From an uncultured Campylobacterales bacterium (GTDB taxonomy: Bacteria > Campylobacterota > Campylobacteria > Campylobacterales > CAZAFM01), in assembly GCA_964484395.1 (NCBI GenBank), contig CAZAFM010000022.1, forward strand, positions 1 to 27,760: a stretch of DNA of 27,760 nucleotides, read 5' to 3'. Below the pieces are notes generated by a model, which ran no database searches, had not been told where the DNA came from, and saw only the letters and a list, made by a program, of their open reading frames with translations. Positions within the stretch are counted from its first letter, which is position 1, and each line of letters starts with the position of its first letter. The translations under genes were made by a program, and so were the position numbers. Shown one piece after another: positions 25,026 to 27,760 of this stretch.

Positions 25026-27584
25026 TTAGATATAGTTCACTAGTGATAGTTGGTTGATTTTGCCTATGGAGCTTAGCATAGCTTGGTAGTTTAGCTGAAG
25101 TTGTGATAGTTGCATACTTGCTTCTGCCATATCGGTATCTGCTATATCTGATTTTAAGGTCTTAGCTTGAACTATCATAATCTCATTTCTTTCAAATGAG
25201 TGTTGAAGTGCATTTCCTTGTGAACCATTTTTGGCGTGGATTTTGTTTACATGATCCATAAGATGGTCAAAAACAGCGATTGAGTTTTGTATGCCAATAC
25301 TTCTAGGGTCAGCATCGTAGTCTTTTTCTTCATTGTATCCATCTGGTCTATAAATTTTGTTTTTAACAGCATCTATAGCAGCATCTACTGAAGTAAAAAA
25401 GTCCACATGAGGGTCATCTATAGTAAGAGCATTATTCTCATGAAAAGATAGTCTTGCAAAATCAGCACTCCCTGCAGTAAAGTCTGTATTCTCATCATCA
25501 TACATTGCTAGTTCTATCTCTGATTCATTTTGTGTTTTATCATAAACCTCAAATCTGCCTTTGTAATCAAGTGAAACATCAACCATCTCTTGAGAGGCTT
25601 GCATAGCATCTCTGTAGTCATTTACATTAGCAGGCGCATTACCGGGTGATGGGGTGGTACCAGAGGCAACAAGGTTTGAGAAGTTAAGTCCTATCTCCAT
25701 AACATTACTTAGTTGCTCATATGTAACCTCATCAGCAGGAGTTGAGGTTGTTGAGTCAAAGTTCTCAAAAAGTTGATAAGGACCATAGTTTACGCCTGTA
25801 TCTGTATTTGTAAGTCCATATGTGCTTCCTCCATTAGCAAGGTTTACATCTATATGGTATGGTGTTCCATTTACATCTACCAAATCCATGTTAATAGTTT
25901 TACCATCTAGTGAGTATTCATAGCTTCCATCTACTCTTTGTGGGCTTGAAACCTCTATAAGTTTTGTCTTAGCGGTTGCATACTCGTTATTGTGAGCTAT
26001 AACTTGTGATGTGTTTGCATTTAGGTATGAGCCACTTTTTTGAAACCTTACCTTATCCACTTCAGCACTAAAATCATTTGCAAATATATCTGTCCCACTA
26101 TCTGAGGCTATCTGAACATCAAGTGAACTCATCCCATCGTATGGAGGATTTTGGATATCTGTTCTTGTTTGTAGGACTGTTTTATCAGTTATGATTATTC
26201 TGCCATTTGTTAGCTCAACATCAATATCATCATAGTTTGGCGCACCTACTGTTGAGTAGTTTTGCTTTATCTGTGTGAGTAGGTCATCTACAGTTGCACC
26301 AGCACCTAGTGGAGTAACAGGTCCTACTGCACCACCTGGAGCTGTTCCATCAGGACTAACAGCAGTACCTGAGAGTTCTAAATCAGGTCCATCTACACCA
26401 AAAACATCAAGAATAGTATCAGTAGGTCTAGCTATTGAGTTATCATCTCGTTTAAGTACTGTAGGGATTTCATGTATCCTATGGTCACTATCTTCCATAA
26501 CTGATTGTGCATCTGTAGAGGTTGGTAGTGAGTAGTAGTTGCTTTTTACATACTCAGTTATTCGTTCACCAGAAGCGATAAGGGCATCTGTATCATTTAC
26601 ATCAGCTTTTGATGAGACCATATGGAAGTTTATCTTGCTTGAGCCTTCTGTTAGATCTTTTACCTCTATCTGTCCCCATTCATTCATAGATACATCTACT
26701 ACTTTGTTTGTAGTTGTATTTCCAAAAGCCACACCAACTCTATCTAGCATATCCCGTACTGTAGTAGCATTACTTTCATCTATGTAGTCTGGGTTTAGTG
26801 AGAACTTCTCTGTAAATCCAACACCATTTGTATTGGTTCCAGAAATATAGAAAAACTCAGGCGGGTCATCAGTAGTTATATCATTATCATCACCCAAGAA
26901 TGACCTTAGTGTATCAGACTCCTTAGAGAAGACTTTTTCACCCGGATTGCCCTTTTCATTAGGACTCATGATGTCTGGGTGTAGCTCTTCTTGGTTGTAG
27001 TGCTTTACATTGGTAGTTAGAATTCTGTTTTTATTATCATCACTTCCTAAGAACAACTCTTTGCCAGTTATGTTATATGTTAGAAGATTGCCAGAGCCTA
27101 CAAGTGCTTGTAGTTTTTCATCATTTCCATGATATCTACCATTTTTATCTATTGGTTTGGTGGATGTAGCTGTTCCACCTAGTATATACTGCTCTCCTAC
27201 AGTTGTATTTGCAAGAGATACAAAAAAATCCCTAAAGCCCTCAAGATCATTAGCAATAGCCTCTATACTCTCATCTGAGTGAATCTCATTTGCAGCATGA
27301 GTAAGCTTTGTTTTAAACTGATCCATACTCTGAGATAGTTGACTTAGGGCGGTATCGGTATTATCAGAAAACTTCCTACCACTTTGTGCTACTGTTTTGG
27401 ATTGATTGAGTGTGGTTACTTCATAATCAAGCCTAAGGGTTTCAGCAAATGTAGAGCTACCCTCATTAGCAAACTGTATCTTCATACCTGAGCTAAGCTT
27501 TTTGGTTATATCAAGTAGGCTACCTTGAGTTCTTTGTTGATACTCTTGCATCATAAGATAGCTTGTGTTAAAACCTATTCTCAT
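25026..27584 (-). CDS. flgL: Flagellar hook-associated protein 3 (FlgL), flagellin-family, with a long central domain
   Basis: The N-terminus (SSGMKIQFANEGSSTF) and the C-terminus (LSQLQLNYQAMLSSIGKINQLSLVNYI) are the conserved flagellin D0/D1 helices. 852 aa, like the large FlgL of Helicobacter/Campylobacter. A sigma-54 promoter lies upstream. Confidence 0.8.
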   Translation of the reverse strand: MRIGFNTSYLMMQEYQQRTQGSLLDITKKLSSGMKIQFANEGSSTFAETLRLDYEVTTLNQSKTVAQSGRKFSDNTDTALSQLSQSMDQFKTKLTHAANEIHSDESIEAIANDLEGFRDFFVSLANTTVGEQYILGGTATSTKPIDKNGRYHGNDEKLQALVGSGNLLTYNITGKELFLGSDDNKNRILTTNVKHYNQEELHPDIMSPNEKGNPGEKVFSKESDTLRSFLGDDNDITTDDPPEFFYISGTNTNGVGFTEKFSLNPDYIDESNATTVRDMLDRVGVAFGNTTTNKVVDVSMNEWGQIEVKDLTEGSSKINFHMVSSKADVNDTDALIASGERITEYVKSNYYSLPTSTDAQSVMEDSDHRIHEIPTVLKRDDNSIARPTDTILDVFGVDGPDLELSGTAVSPDGTAPGGAVGPVTPLGAGATVDDLLTQIKQNYSTVGAPNYDDIDVELTNGRIIITDKTVLQTRTDIQNPPYDGMSSLDVQIASDSGTDIFANDFSAEVDKVRFQKSGSYLNANTSQVIAHNNEYATAKTKLIEVSSPQRVDGSYEYSLDGKTINMDLVDVNGTPYHIDVNLANGGSTYGLTNTDTGVNYGPYQLFENFDSTTSTPADEVTYEQLSNVMEIGLNFSNLVASGTTPSPGNAPANVNDYRDAMQASQEMVDVSLDYKGRFEVYDKTQNESEIELAMYDDENTDFTAGSADFARLSFHENNALTIDDPHVDFFTSVDAAIDAVKNKIYRPDGYNEEKDYDADPRSIGIQNSIAVFDHLMDHVNKIHAKNGSQGNALQHSFERNEIMIVQAKTLKSDIADTDMAEASMQLSQLQLNYQAMLSSIGKINQLSLVNYI

Positions 27585-27621
27585 CTTATACCCTTTATGT
27601 AAGGTTTCTTAGACTATGGAA

Positions 27622-27636
27622 GCAAATAGAGTTCCA
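27622..27636 (-). promoter_or_regulatory. RpoN (sigma-54) promoter for flgL: TGGAAC-N4-TTTGCTT on the minus strand
   Basis: The reverse complement of 27622-27636 is TGGAACTCTATTTGC, and continues with TT. This fits the -24 GG / -12 GC spacing and the epsilonproteobacterial GGAAC-N4-TTTGCTT consensus. The -12 element is 38 nt upstream of the flgL ATG. An AAGGG RBS lies 7 nt before the ATG. Confidence 0.6.
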
Positions 27637-27760
27637 CACTAACTAAAGCTCTACACCAAGCATATCGTCTTCTAGTTAAGATTGTTTTAGGGGGAGGTAG
27701 GGTAGAGCTACCAAAGCTCTATTATCTCCTCTTTGATTTTAAAGGCTTCATTCTCATAAC

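Noticed and set aside
26275-26787. ORFs 26275..26535(+) and 26539..26787(+) inside flgL
   Set aside because: They are a by-product of the GC-richer central domain of flgL. The Ser/Thr/Pro-rich translations lack starts with RBS. The opposite-strand frame is continuous with the conserved flagellin termini.
1-27760. CRISPR arrays, IS elements, integrases, rRNA/tRNA genes
   Set aside because: No regularly spaced direct repeats, no terminal inverted repeats flanking a transposase-like ORF, no DDE or tyrosine-recombinase-like ORFs, and no rRNA or tRNA signatures were seen anywhere in the window.

Overview
This is an AT-rich (about 30% GC), densely coding chromosomal segment whose gene content and signals look Campylobacterota-like (epsilonproteobacterial). 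The supporting signals are an RpoN promoter of the GGAAC-N4-TTTGCTT type in front of a large FlgL, an RRM RNA-binding protein, a PerR-like Fur regulator, scattered dcw genes (rsmH-ftsL only) and frequent TTG/GTG starts. The window holds six recognisable blocks.
(1) A toxin-antitoxin patch sits at the left edge: a YoeB C-terminal remnant and a Phd/YefM-like antitoxin paired with a PemK/MazF toxin. It is followed by a markedly GC-richer retropepsin-like aspartic protease.
(2) A polyprenyl-phosphate-linked glycan cluster follows. It comprises a GtrA flippase-like gene, a GtrB-like GT2, a GT-C membrane transferase, a NodU/CmcH carbamoyltransferase, a second GT2 and a WecA/MraY-type initiating transferase, with a GT4 further on.
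(3) An iron/redox island carries a two-gene family-1 encapsulin operon (an EncFtn cargo with a C-terminal GSLKIG targeting peptide plus the shell protein) divergent from a PerR-like Fur regulator. Nearby are an RRM protein, a ferredoxin-thioredoxin-reductase-like catalytic domain fused to rhodanese, and a two-lobed ferritin-like protein.
(4) A probable operon encodes an LpxH-like metallophosphoesterase, a DAGK-catalytic-like protein, a double-STAS/CheX-like protein and an AEC transporter.
(5) Housekeeping genes include TsaD, RdgB, an MFS transporter, RsmH, an FtsL-like gene, an orphan OmpR-type regulator and a degenerate class II aldolase-like gene.
(6) An 852-aa FlgL closes the window, with a sigma-54 promoter and repeated AAAGCTCTA motifs upstream.
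No rRNA, tRNA, CRISPR array or transposase was recognised. The most unusual items are the encapsulin-PerR locus, the FTR-rhodanese fusion, the hybrid TA pair with the compositionally foreign retropepsin, and a structured 225-bp intergenic region upstream of the LpxH-like gene.
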